64,000 nt of DNA from Macrostomum hystrix (lineage: Eukaryota; Animalia; Platyhelminthes): assembly GCA_950097015.1 (NCBI GenBank), contig CATNEN010000011.1:1984001-2048000 (forward strand), in the 5' to 3' direction. A program made the translations under genes and the position numbers. The first letter of the stretch is position 1; each line of letters opens with the position of its first letter. Under the pieces are notes generated by a model that saw only the letters and a list, made by a program, of their open reading frames with translations, did no database searches and had not been told where the DNA came from. Below are positions 24,201 to 35,335 of the stretch, piece by piece.

Positions 24201-26536
24201 TAGCCATCGCAGGGGACCGGTGGCACAGGTAGCACAGGTAGCACAGGGAGAATGGATAGCCATCGAAGGGGACCGGTGGCACAGGTAGCACAGGTAACAC
24301 AGGGGGAATGGATAGCCATCGCAGTGGACTGGTGGCACAGGTAACACAGGGAGAATGGATAGCCATCGCAGGGGACCGGTGGCACAGGTAACACAGGTAG
24401 CACAGGGAGAATGGATAGCCATCGCAGGGAACCTTGTGGCACAGGTAACACAGGGAGAATGGATAGCCATCGCAGGGGACCGGTGGCACAGGTAACACAG
24501 GTAGCACAGGGAGAATGGATAGCCATCGCAGGGGACCGGTGGCACAGGTAAAACAGGTAACACAGGTAGCACAGGGAGAATGGATAGCCATCGCAGGGGA
24601 CCGGTGGCGCAGGTGGCACAGGTAACACAGGGAGAATGGATAGCCATCGCAGGGGACCGGTGGCGCAGGTGGCACAGGTAACACAGGGAGAATGGATAGC
24701 CATCGCAGGGGACCGGTGGCACAGGTAGCACAGGTAGCACAGGGAGAATGGATAGCCATCGCAGGGGACCGGTGGCACAGGTAGCACAGGTAGCACAGGG
24801 AGAATGGATAGCCATCGCAGGGGACCGGTGGCACAGGTAGCACAGGTAGCACAGGGAGAATGGATAGCCATCGAAGGGGACCGGTGGCACAGGTAGCACA
24901 GGTAGCACAGGGAGAATGGATAGCCATCGAAGGGGACTGGTGGCACAGGTAACACAGGTAGCACAGGGAGAATGGATAGCCATCGAAGGGGCCGGTGGCG
25001 CAGGTACTTCTTAACTGTTTGCATCGCCCTTGTTAGGCACGTTGAATTCGGCAAAGTCGGTTAAGGCCAGGCAGAATAATTCGTTACAGAGAGCCAACGG
25101 CAGCGCCTTCTCTGCCGCAAACTGCAGCCGGTGCAGCCGAGACAGGTCTCGCTGGCTGCTCAAATGCAGCAACTGCAGCACCTGCTCAGAATTCGGTGCA
25201 CCTGCGGGTGAGAATTGGCTCATTGTGCCTCTGCGAATCTGCAACGAAAAGGTTATAGATTAGGTCGCAGAGGAGTTAGATAGGGAGAGAATGAGAGGTA
25301 GACAGGGAGAGAATGAGAGGTAGACAGGGTGAAAATAAGAGGGAGACAGGGAGAGAATGAGAGGTAGACAGGGAGAGAATGAGAGGTAGACAGGGTGAAA
25401 ATAAGAGGGAGACAGGGAGAGAATGAGAGGTAGATAGGGAAAGAATGAGAGGTAGACAGGGAGAGAATGAGAGTTAGACAGGGAAAGAATGAGAAGGTAG
25501 ACAGGGAGAGAATGAGAGGGAGACAGGGAGAGAATGACAGGTAGAAAGGGAGAGAATGAGAGGTAGAAAGGGAGAGAATGAGAGGTAGACAGGGAGAGAA
25601 TGAGAGGTAGACAGGGTGAAAATAAGAGGGAGACAGGGAGAGAATGAGAGGTAGACAGGGAAAGAATGAGAAGGTAGACAGGGAGAGAATGAGAGGTAGA
25701 AAGGGAGAGAATGAGAGGTAGACAGGGAGAGAATGAGAGGTAGACAGGGAGAGAATGAGAGGTAGACAGGGTGAAAATAAGAGGGAGACAGGGAGAGAAT
25801 GAGAGGTAGATAGGGAAAGAATGAGAGGTAGACAGGGAAAGAATGAGAAGGTAGACAGGGAGAGAATGAGAGGTAGACAGGGAAAGAATGAGAAGGTAGA
25901 CAGGGAGAGAATGAGAGGTAGAAAGGGAGAGAATGAGAGGTAGACAGGGAGAGAATGAGAGGTAGACAGGGAAAGAATGAGAGGTAGACAGGGAGAGAAT
26001 GAGATATAGACAGGGACAGAACGACAAGTATTATTAAAGAATGAGAAGTAGATAGGGAGATAAAATAACAGCCAGACAAAGAGAAGATAGTGAGGTTAAG
26101 AGGTTAGACAATTGGAGAACACACTGAGACCATTCATAGGCATCACTTACACTCCCTGATGCAGTGGAGCAGCTGGCTGAATGCATTTTCAACTGGCATG
26201 TCGGCAGCAATGAGCAGCATCTCAGCCCAACTGCTGGGCCTCTTAATCGTGATTCCCTGCGTCTTATCGCCTTCGGGGCAGAAATTATTGCATGATAAAT
26301 TTGGGCATTTTAGTACTCTGAATATTTTACTATGCGAGAGAACTAGTCGGATGTGCTTGAAAAGTTTTAAAAGTACATAATACTATCAGATAGGGTTGAA
26401 GCTCACCATTTCGAATGGCTTCTTCAAACGCACCACTGAGTTTACTGAGGTCACACAGCTGATGCAACTCCAAGTCATCTAAGAAGAATTTCAACAGAAA
26501 GCTAAGGAAACTCTCCTCAGCTTCTTTTATGTCCAT
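15267..26536 (-). CDS. RIG-I-like receptor DExD/H helicase (RIG-I/MDA5/DRH family), ~10 exons, ~1000 aa. Exons: 26536-26407, ~26270-26151, ~25238-25016, 23302-23120, 22479-22136, 22053-21657, 19346-18754, 17103-16556, 15996-15628, 15398-15267
   Basis: Q motif LRDYQLELAEPALAGRN, APTGSGKT, DECH, TASPGTG...HLIRLCANLD, IVFVQQK, CTSVTEEGLDIPDCN, MVQSKGRGR; C-terminal domain with CGKC and CENC zinc pairs, YFPLLSVENVSF, RKWKQ; GT-AG phases are consistent from exon 3 onward, the exon 2/3 junction is unresolved. Confidence 0.93.
16045..16520. repeat. 28-bp minisatellite (AGAATCCTCATCCGGAATCTGAGATCCC) in an RLR intron
   Basis: Direct inspection; two alternating variants. Confidence 0.93.
17200..18520. 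repeat. ~16-bp GA-rich minisatellite (GGGGAGAGATGAGACA)n in an RLR intron
   Basis: Direct inspection; indels not multiples of 3. Confidence 0.96.
19405..21600. repeat. 23-bp minisatellite (CTGGTCCAACAACCCTGCACAAA)n, ~95 copies, in an RLR intron
   Basis: Direct inspection; explains the three 700-800 aa pseudo-ORFs. Confidence 0.98.
22620..23090. repeat. 19-22-bp pyrimidine-rich minisatellite (CCTTCACAACCTCCTTCTCTCC) in an RLR intron
   Basis: Direct inspection. Confidence 0.94.
23385..25003. repeat. Composite minisatellite (~47-56 bp: GGAGAATGGATAGCCATCGCAGGGGACCGGT plus a variable number of 9-bp GCACAGGTA subunits) in an RLR intron
   Basis: Direct inspection. Confidence 0.95.
25280..26015. 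repeat. ~22-bp purine-rich minisatellite (GAGAGAATGAGAGGTAGACAGG) in an RLR intron
   Basis: Direct inspection. Confidence 0.95.
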
Positions 26537-26646
26537 GCTGATTGTTTAATTAGCTGGAGCAAATATTTTGGTGCTATTCAAGAGTTCAACAAAAATTATT
26601 TCCTGTATATTTTAGCTTTCGCTGCTTTTTATTTCCAGAAAACCTG

Positions 26647-26660
26647 AGTTTTCGCTTTCA
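26647..26660 (-). promoter_or_regulatory. ISRE/IRF-E-like motif ~110 bp upstream of the RLR ATG
   Basis: Minus strand TGAAAGCGAAAACT matches GAAANNGAAA; function untested. Confidence 0.35.
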
Positions 26661-28618
26661 AGAAAACGCGTGTGCGTCCCTGCCGCGTACATTCATTTTG
26701 GTTGTGAGATTTCTTGGAAATAATTATACTGACTAGTGCGTTCTACGAGTAAAAATATCTAAAAATAGCCTGGGTGTTAAAATATTGTACATTTACACAT
26801 GTACATTTAGCTTAAGGGCCAGAAAAAAGATATCTGTGTCGCAGAGTCTTCAGCGCCTCGTGATCATCGAGAAACAGAATAGAATATTTTGGACTATTAA
26901 CATTGTGTAATAGGCCTCTAAATTATTAATTCCAGATTTTACAAGTCAAATTTACGTGAATAACAATTTGTATAAATTGTTGCAACAGTAAAAAATATTT
27001 TCTCAATAAAATTTCGTTAAAATTAGCGCGATCGAAAATATATATTTTGTAATAAAATTTTGTAAATAATTGCTAATAAAACACTATATAAGAGTAGGAA
27101 TTTGTTGAGAGGAAAGTCATATTTTTGTGCCTTCGGGACAACTTTCCTTGCAAACAAGTGAACAAACATACCAGTTAAAATCCGAGAAAAGGAGAAAAGC
27201 TTCTGAGGGTTAGTTCTTCAGAATCTATACCTGAGCAGAGTGTTCAGAGAGTGAGAAAGGTTTACCTGAACAGGAGAGCTCAGAGGATATAACCAGAGTA
27301 ATTCCCGAAGAAGTACTTTCGGAGTCTATCCATAGGTGTTTAAAGGCCTATTGCTGTGACCCTCTAATCCGCAGGTACTCCTGACGGATTGAGTGCATAA
27401 CCGGTACCAAAAGGACCTCTCAGGCCACGTAAACAAGAGAGAGAGAAATGCTACCCTAGAGAAATAAAAGTGCATTTAGTAGTATAAATAATGAATATCT
27501 TATGAACATTCCTCTGATAGCAGTCCCTTCTGATTGGTGGCAGCGGTACTAGTAATAATTAGTGACTTTAGTAACTAAAGGCTAAGATTGGTATTAATGA
27601 GAGTAGAGACAGTAATAGTGATAGTGTACTCTACATTACAGTAGAGAATATTAAAAAGAGAGTACTGTAGCAATTGCAATAACGCAAGATTAAAAAAGAA
27701 ACTAATTATTTATGTTATAAAAACGCATGTTGCTAAGGAAGCGAAAGTTGGCCCCATCGCAGCTGTTTCTCGAGCCTCTGGCATCTGTGCTATGTTATTT
27801 GCTAGTAGAGGACCTCGTCTGATACACTTATTACCAATTACTGTGTCAATATTTACGTGACGTTATGGTACTCTTTTCTCTAGTAATATTACTAGTTTAT
27901 TGCAATTATGTTCGCTGTTCATTCTATAATATTATATATTCTAAATTATTATTTATGTATATTATTTACGCACAGCATTTAATATATATAATTTTAGGGA
28001 AATACGTCGTATGCTACTCATTAGATGATAAAGTAATATAAGTAGTGTAATGACTTGTGTGTGACGTCAAGACTGAAGTGAAGACTGGGGGTCTGCACGC
28101 CCAGGCCATCACAAGTAGGGCATGGTTGGTATAATGCCTTGAATTGTACAGGAACCAAGCGTACGTTATGTACATGTACAAATGTACTGAAGAGAAGACA
28201 TCGTGGTATTACGAGTAGTACATTGACTTTTACACCACCATGTGGATGGAGGTACGGTACATTGCGACACCCGCGTGACCTTAGCACACTGAGCTGTACG
28301 TCACAATGTGAGTGCGGATATTCCAGCAGGTCATATGCTACTTTTACGCTCATGCTATTAGGGAATTCCGTGTCATACGATCAAGAGGTGATCCTATGAC
28401 CATTGCGATGACGTGTACATGTACCTCCCACGTATACATCAGTCGACGTACAATGCGAAACGTGTCTAGTGAAAATACAACTGCTAGAATAGGAAACGGT
28501 TGTCTAAACGGAAACCGAGACACATAGAAGACATAGAAGACTTCTCCGGCGATAGGAGTTATAGGAGACACTCACGGATCTTAGACTACGAGTTCGCTCA
28601 ACCAGTGCAGACCCCCCG

Positions 28619-28864
28619 GTGTTCGTGGGATACCCAGCAGTTAGAATGGTGCGCAAAAGGCGCACAATGTCCCGATTTCGTCTAGGAAACCACAAACTGG
28701 CCTGTCAGACATTGCGCACTGTAAGACCGAAAATCGCTTATGAAAACAGAACATGTCCGAAATGTAGAGTCGAGGTAGAGAACGAAATTCATATTCTTTT
28801 TAGACGCGATAGTTACAATATATTACAACAAATACAATATATAAACAGCCGCGTCATTACATGA
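28619..28864 (+). mobile_element. Degenerate non-LTR retrotransposon (LINE) 3' fragment, C-terminal cysteine-rich domain
   Basis: MSRFRLGNHKL...RTCPKC...VENEIHILF resembles the RFRxGNHxL..C..C..E.E.H tail of LINE ORF2. Confidence 0.7.
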
Positions 28865-30289
28865 TGTTCAGCCTCTGCAATTAAAACTAGTGTTAGATAA
28901 GTAGTTAGTTAGTAGTATGACATTTCAATAGCAAATTTCTCATTTTCGACGTCTGTCAAGACAGCCGTCAATCAAACTTTTGCTTATTTCAAACTTCATA
29001 TCTTGGCTAATCAATTTGCTCATCTGTACACATATGTTGATACTCATTGCTTATTGCTCACCTTTGATTCATACTATCAAAGGAACAGGTGTCCGTAGTT
29101 TCAGTCCGAATTCTTAGGTTTGGAGGACTTGAGTTATTTTCAGTTAAAATTTATGGGTCATTTATGCGTATGAAGGGTGCCGGTTTTAATTCTAAGGGTG
29201 TTTGCTAGAGATTAATCAGTACGAGGTAGCTACTGGCATCGTGGCAGATGTGGCAGAGGGTGTGGTCTAGCTCAGGCAGTAGATCCCCTGTGGACGAATC
29301 GCTATCTTACGTTCGTGAGAACAATCTCGCGTATCACTAGGTAAGTTCGTCCGTGTTGCATAGGCAAGGCATAGGGCATTTAGTTGTTCTATATAGTACA
29401 TTTGTATTTGTGGAATCTCACCCGTTGATGCTATGGCGAATCCTTTACAGTCAACAAATATCCATCGAAATTCCATGGCTAATTATACTCGTAGTTCCGA
29501 GCACCTAATTAACAGCCGCCATGTACGTACTCTGTTATACTTTTTCGCGCCGTTACACGACCTACACGAGTAGTTAATTAGGCTAATGCTAATAAACTTA
29601 GGATTTTAAAAGCCCCGCGTATGACCGGCATTCTCAATGTACGAGTTGGTTAAAAAGATGTGTAGAAGCTCACTTGATGCTTTCCAAGAAGCTTGTATAA
29701 TTTACAATGCGTTTTGAAATTTTTTTGTTTTGGGTTTATTATCCCAAGGGGGCTTAGGCAAGTTAACCTAGGGGGAAATTTTTCCATTTCTGTGCTGTAG
29801 ACAATGTTTTGTGCTGCACCCGAACGGAGCAACGCAAGCACACGAAACTCAAGAACTCTTCAGACCGTCGAGATATTCAATGGTTCTGGCCGAAGTTCAG
29901 ATTTTTCCCATAAGCGCTATAGGGTATTTCGTACACCCCTAAACACGAATTAGCACTGCGCCTCAGTGCGGCCTTGCCAGGCCTTCAAAATGTATCATCA
30001 TGTCACCCGAATGTGCCTGCATCATCTCCGTCTTCGGTGGCCACCTAACTGTATCTAGACGGATCTGCTGGACTTCAAGGGCTACAACAGGATAAAATTG
30101 GTCACTATGGACACCCTGACGCGAATTTCTCCAATTTCACTGCTCTAGCCAAAATATTAGGCGCAGCTCAACCACAGTACACTATCGCCTAGAACACCAT
30201 ATCTTTTACATTCTTTCAACTCAGTTTTTTCCTGGCACGAGTCTTAATAGAATTTACGAGTTTAAAGTGACAATAACAACAACCTGTAG

Positions 30290-30710
30290 TCCGCGCCGGT
30301 GGCAGTGTCGGGCGCCCCGGCGTCGCTCAGCAAGCAGTCGACGTCCGAACCTGGCCGCACCTGAACGGGACCTTCAGGGAGAGCAGCAGGACGTTCTGGG
30401 CGGGCTGGCGGCAGTAGCTCTCGGCCCGAATAACGTGGCCCGCTATTCGAAGTCGCCGCTGGCGCAGGATGGTGGACGGGCGTTGCAGCTGGGCTCTCTC
30501 GTACAGAGCCTCGGTACCGACACTCTCGTCAGCTGGAAAGGCCGCACGGAGCAGCCCCGAGTGCGCCGAGTCCAGCTGCTGCTCCAGCGTAGCCGTCAGC
30601 GTCCACGACTCGGCATTGTACAGCAGGACGGTCTCGACCACCGCCTGCCACAGCCGAGCCCTCTGGTGGTCAGGCAGGGCTGTGGACTGAAGGACGGCCC
30701 AGATCGATAG
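30290..30710 (-). mobile_element. RTE-type LINE fragment (post-RT C-terminal region)
   Basis: LWQAVVETVLLYNAESWTLT...LDSAHSGLLRAA...LYER...ILRQRRLRIAGHVIR. Confidence 0.85.
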
Positions 30711-31228
30711 ATATGTCGCCCAGCAAGCGTGATAGAAACTAAAAAAATCACACTTTCTATGTGAAATAAAAAAGAATAAATAACTTCACTGCAGAAAAAG
30801 ATTTCTCCCAAAAAAAACAGAGGGCTGTGCCCACGCTTAGGGTTAGTTTAAAGTTATTGAAATTCATCTCGTATATCATATTTAGCTTTTTTATTAAGCA
30901 TTAGTAAGCGTAAGTTTATATTTATTGTACTCATGAAAATGTGAAAATTGCCATTGATTTGATTTTAGGTTGGTAAAAGGCTTGACAAACAATGTACAGA
31001 GCTAGGTTGCTAGTCGAGACGACATTTTTAGCTTGAAACAGAGCAAATTCACTACAGAGTCAAGTGATAATTCAACGGTAAGCCTTCCCAGCTACCCACA
31101 GTGAAGTGTCAGCACTCCATTATTGGGAATTTGGTCTTGTTTGCTTGTGTGATTGTTACACACAATTTTTGTTCCACACAATTTTAAATTTGTGAATTTG
31201 TCAGCGCGCTAGAAATGCGAAGCTGGTA

Positions 31229-34200
31229 TCACACTCGCCTCATCAAACGGTCCGACTGTTGAGCTGGTGCCTGCGATATCTCCACAACCGAGAGCCCGGT
31301 CTCTCGCACCTGTCGTTTTCTCTGCTGCAGTCGCTTTCTGGCCGTCAAGCAGCGTTTTAATCCGGCGATAATTTCAGCAAAATGTCTGCGAAAACCTGCC
31401 TGGCACAGAAATTGAATCAGCGGGCGGCATGATAGCCAGGTGAGAATTAACAGCTGGCACACGGAGTCGATGTTGAAGAACAGGTCCTATTTTGGTGGAA
31501 AAAATCGAGGTGTTAAAAAATATTTTAAGCTATTACAAGAACAAATGAATCTGGAAGATCAATAATTATCGCAAACTCATTAGGACCATTCCTCAGTAGC
31601 AACAATGGAAATAGAATATTCAGAAAACTAACAATCAGTTCTGGTGATTTCTTATTTGCTCTGTCCTGGTGACTGATCAGCGCTTCGGCACTCAAGGCAG
31701 ACACAGCTTCATCCCCCATTCTCCCACCTCTCCAAATTTTCGTTTCATCTCTCCTCTCTTATCTTTTCCCTATCTGAAATTTCCCAGTCTTGAATTTCGC
31801 CTGACTAATCACTGGCCTGTCTTATATCTGTCAAATATTATCTCTCCCCTGTCTCATCCCTGTCGTATCTCATCTCTCCCCTGTCTCATCTCTCCCCTGT
31901 CTCATCCCTGTCGTATCTCATCTCTCTCCTGTCTCATCTCTCCCCTGTCTCATCCCTCCCCTGTCTCATCCCTGTCGTATCTCATCTCTCTCCTGTCTCA
32001 TCTCTCTCCTGTCTCATCTCTCCCCTGTCTCATCCCTGTCGTATCTCATCTCTCTCCTGTCTCATTTCTCCCCTGTCTCATCTCTCCCCTGTCTCATCTC
32101 TCCCCTGTCTCATCTCTCCCCTGTCTCATCTCTCCCCTGTCTCATCTCTCCCCTGTCTCATCTCTCCCCTGTCTCATCTCTCCTGTGTCTCATCTCTCCC
32201 CTGTATCATCTCTCCCCTGTCTCATCTCTCCTGTGTCTCATCTCTCCCCTGTCTCATCTCTCCCCTGTCTCATCTCTCCCCTGTCTCATCTCCCCCCTGT
32301 ATCATCTCTCCTGTGTCTCATCTCTCCCCTGTATCATCTCTCCTGTGTCTCATCTCTCCCCTGTCTCATCTGTGTCATTTCTCATATCTCTGGTGTTTTT
32401 CCAAAAAATCAAAGCTAATCCAGATGCACACCTGTCGGTTTTTTCTATCCAGAAAGTTGGCATGCGACTGAGTCCCTAGCAACGACCTCAAACTCTGCGG
32501 AACGAAGATGTGCTCCTGCATCATGTGGCTGGCGCTGTTGATGAACTTCACCAAGCTGAAAATCGAGCCTGGCATGCTGAACGGCAGTTCAAGCGCCACA
32601 GCGATCAAGCTAGCCCGCCTGATTTGGACGAAGCTGTCCGGATCCAGGTAGACGACGCGGCTGATGCTGTCCACGTCTAGCCACTGGCATTTGCCCTTGG
32701 CGCACAAGTGCAGCAGCCTGAAGCTGCAGTACATCGATGCCAGGCACGGCAGCAGGTCCCCGATAGTCAGGTCGATGAGTGGCCAAATGACAGCCCTGTA
32801 CCGGATTTCGACCCACTTGTCGGAGAAGCCGCAGTGATAGCCGCGATTAGTTTCGCCCGGATTGTCTAAGCGAGACAGAGAATAAGTCCACAGGAACTGA
32901 CAGTTGAGGCTGAGCAGCAAGGCGCAGAACAGGACAAAACAGTTGAACACTCGCTCCCTGTCGTACTTCGGGTAGAATCTGTCCAGGCGTTGGTACAGCT
33001 GCAGGGTATCCAACGCGATGGCCAGCAAGCAGAGCTGTCTCATGTGAGCTGCGAATGTGAAAACCATCGGATAGACCTGGCAGCAAGTCTCGCAAGCAAA
33101 CAGAAGCATGAAGTTGGCGTCGACACGGGCAACGGAACGAAGCCATAAATCACCGGCGCTGATCGAAATGAGCAGAGAGTCTAATGCAGCCACCGCGCTT
33201 GAGAAGTAGCACAACGGGAGGATCTTGCGGCCCATTCTGGCTAAAGTTAGTGAGGCCAGTAGGTTGCCAAGGCCGCCGAATAGCAGGAAGGCAGGCAGCG
33301 AGACTGCGAACAAAATGCGCCACCTATCCGGCAGGTCGGCCCTGCCACGGTACACCGTACAGTCTGGCAGCAGGCGGCGCTCTTCATCTTTCTGGTGAGT
33401 CTCAACTTCTGTCTTCGCGTTAACGTTGTGCACCGATGGCGCCAGATCCGGTCGCACCGCTTGCAGGATGCCACTGATTGCTGAGGCGTTGTCCAGTTTT
33501 ATCTTTGCACCGCCGCCGCCGCCGCGGGATGGTCGCTGAACATCAATTGATCCGAAGCCTTCAGAAACTGCGGCATGGGAAGCGTATTGGTATGGAGGAC
33601 TTTTAGTTACGAGGATAAATTAAAAAATATTTATAATTGTTTTGGTCCGCACTGTATTTAGGACAACTTTTCTCAACTCTTAAGATTGAAACAGAAGGAC
33701 AGCGAACGCACAGCAGACAAACGCTTTCAGACGAGCAAAGTAGAAGAAGAGCGTGTATGAAATCATCTTCAAATAGAAGACAACTTAGCAACTTTTCAGC
33801 TTGCTAAAGCCAGAGAATAATCAAACACCATTTTTTCTTGAAATCCACACCCGTTTCTGTCCTTTATTTAGCAAAACTCTTGTGTCCTTACTGTCCATAT
33901 TCTCGAAGAAGTCCGCTCCCAGACCCAGCTTTTTAAGATTCTCCTCTACTTTAGCGCCGCCCTTGAAGCTGTTGGTCTTGTCACCGGCGTGTGTGTCGAT
34001 CCAGTACAGGCAGGAGAAGCGGCTCATGCGGTTACTGCAGAAGCGAGTCACATCGTGATCAAAACAGCCGTGCCGCAGAATCTTGAAGATGCTGACATTG
34101 GGAAACTGGCGAGACCGGCCATCCACCTCCAGATCCGGCGGATAATTGGAGTGCTCCAAGTCCCAGCTGTTCGCGTCTCTGGCAGTTCTCGCCGGATTCT

Positions 34201-34291
34201 CATTGTTCTCATCCAGAGAGACGCAGACGCAGACGGGGCTTCTAGCAATCAGGCCAAGCGCCAGGCATGACAGCACTAGGCCAGCAATCAT
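31229..34291 (-). CDS. Orphan rhodopsin-like GPCR with signal peptide and long N-terminal ectodomain, ~600 aa. Exons: 34291-33892, 33567-32432, 31486-31229
   Basis: Hydrophobic leader MIAGLVLSCLALGLIA; TM1 FLLFGGLGNLLASL, TM2 VAALDSLL, ECL1/TM3 Cys, ECL2 YHCG, TM7 and helix 8 in the last exon; splice phases 1/1 and 0/0 are consistent. Confidence 0.75.
31840..32372. repeat. 16-bp minisatellite (CTCCCCTGTCTCATCT)n in the GPCR intron; reverse complement of the 17.2-18.5 kb array
   Basis: Direct comparison. Confidence 0.95.
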
Positions 34292-35194
34292 CGCGCTCGA
34301 GTCTAGACAACTCAAAAAATGTTGAAAGTTTACTGGGTCGAGCGGGGAGCCGATGCGAAGCAGATAGAGCTGTAAAAATGGCTCCAGGGGTTGTGCTGGC
34401 TGCGCTAGAAGGGAATAATATTGTCCCTGGGGCAGATTAAATTCTGGCGCATAAAAAGAGAGAGAGAGAGCACACAGGGCGCAAACCAAGCACTGGCTGG
34501 CTCTCCGCCTGGTATTTCCCCGTCTTGAGTCGAGGCTGATTCGTTCAACCCGGGGGGTAGAGGCGGCTTAGCCGAGTCAGACCGGATAACGCGCGGCGAC
34601 ATTAATTTCATTCTCCAAGTCTTATTAATAATTAATGCGCGTGCTTCTCCCCTTGGAAAGTTTTGCATTGAAAAAAGTGAGGAATAACGAAAACGTGTGT
34701 TTGCTTGTCATCTGCGTCTTGCAGATTTTTTGCTTTATGAATCTGAAGCGAGTTGCCATGCTGCCCGCGAATATGCTCTCCCGCTGATAAATCATTATAA
34801 TTTTCTGTCATGGGTTCAACAAATTTTATTGAAGCGGATATTGTTGCTCGGGTAACTTGTGAAAGAGCAGAGCCATTGATTCGCATAAAAAATCGATCCC
34901 AAGCTCTCACACTGAGCCAAGTAAGTTGACGCCGGGCAGACAGTTTTTATAAACAATTGATAATGACTTGAGTTTGCTACAATGTTCACTGAATTGCTAC
35001 AATGACTAACAGAAGGCCAAATAAAAAAACTGTTCTCATTTTTTGAAAGTTCACATTGAGCTTGAATGAAATTTCGATCCTATTTATGCTGTATTTTGGT
35101 GACTGGCAAATATTTTCTAATCTTAATTTAGCTTGCACAAACTTTACAGCGGGAACTAGCATCTAGCAATGTCAGAGTATCATCGGCTGCTCTG

Positions 35195-35335
35195 ACTCCT
35201 GAAGCACACACGAACACACACACACACACACACACACCGGTACACAGTGAAAATTTTGTGTATGTGGCCTCGCCGCCGATTCGAACTCAAGGACCTTGGT
35301 GCGCGAGGCTAACGCGGCGTTAACAGCTCAACCCC
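35195..35335 (-). mobile_element. Internally deleted copy of tRNA-derived SINE family A, containing a (CA)n tract
   Basis: Shares CTGACTCCTGA..CACAC and TGGCCTCGCC...CTCA.GGACCTTGG with the copies at 39.4 and 50.0 kb. Confidence 0.7.

Noticed and set aside
23109-25054. 520-620 aa metallothionein-like Cys-rich ORFs
   Set aside because: The same peptide appears in all three frames with frequent frame switches; only the terminal 23302-23120 part is a real exon
31525-31790. Additional GPCR exon (MGDEAVSALS...)
   Set aside because: The candidate acceptor leads to stops in all frames, and the flanking exons join directly in phase 0
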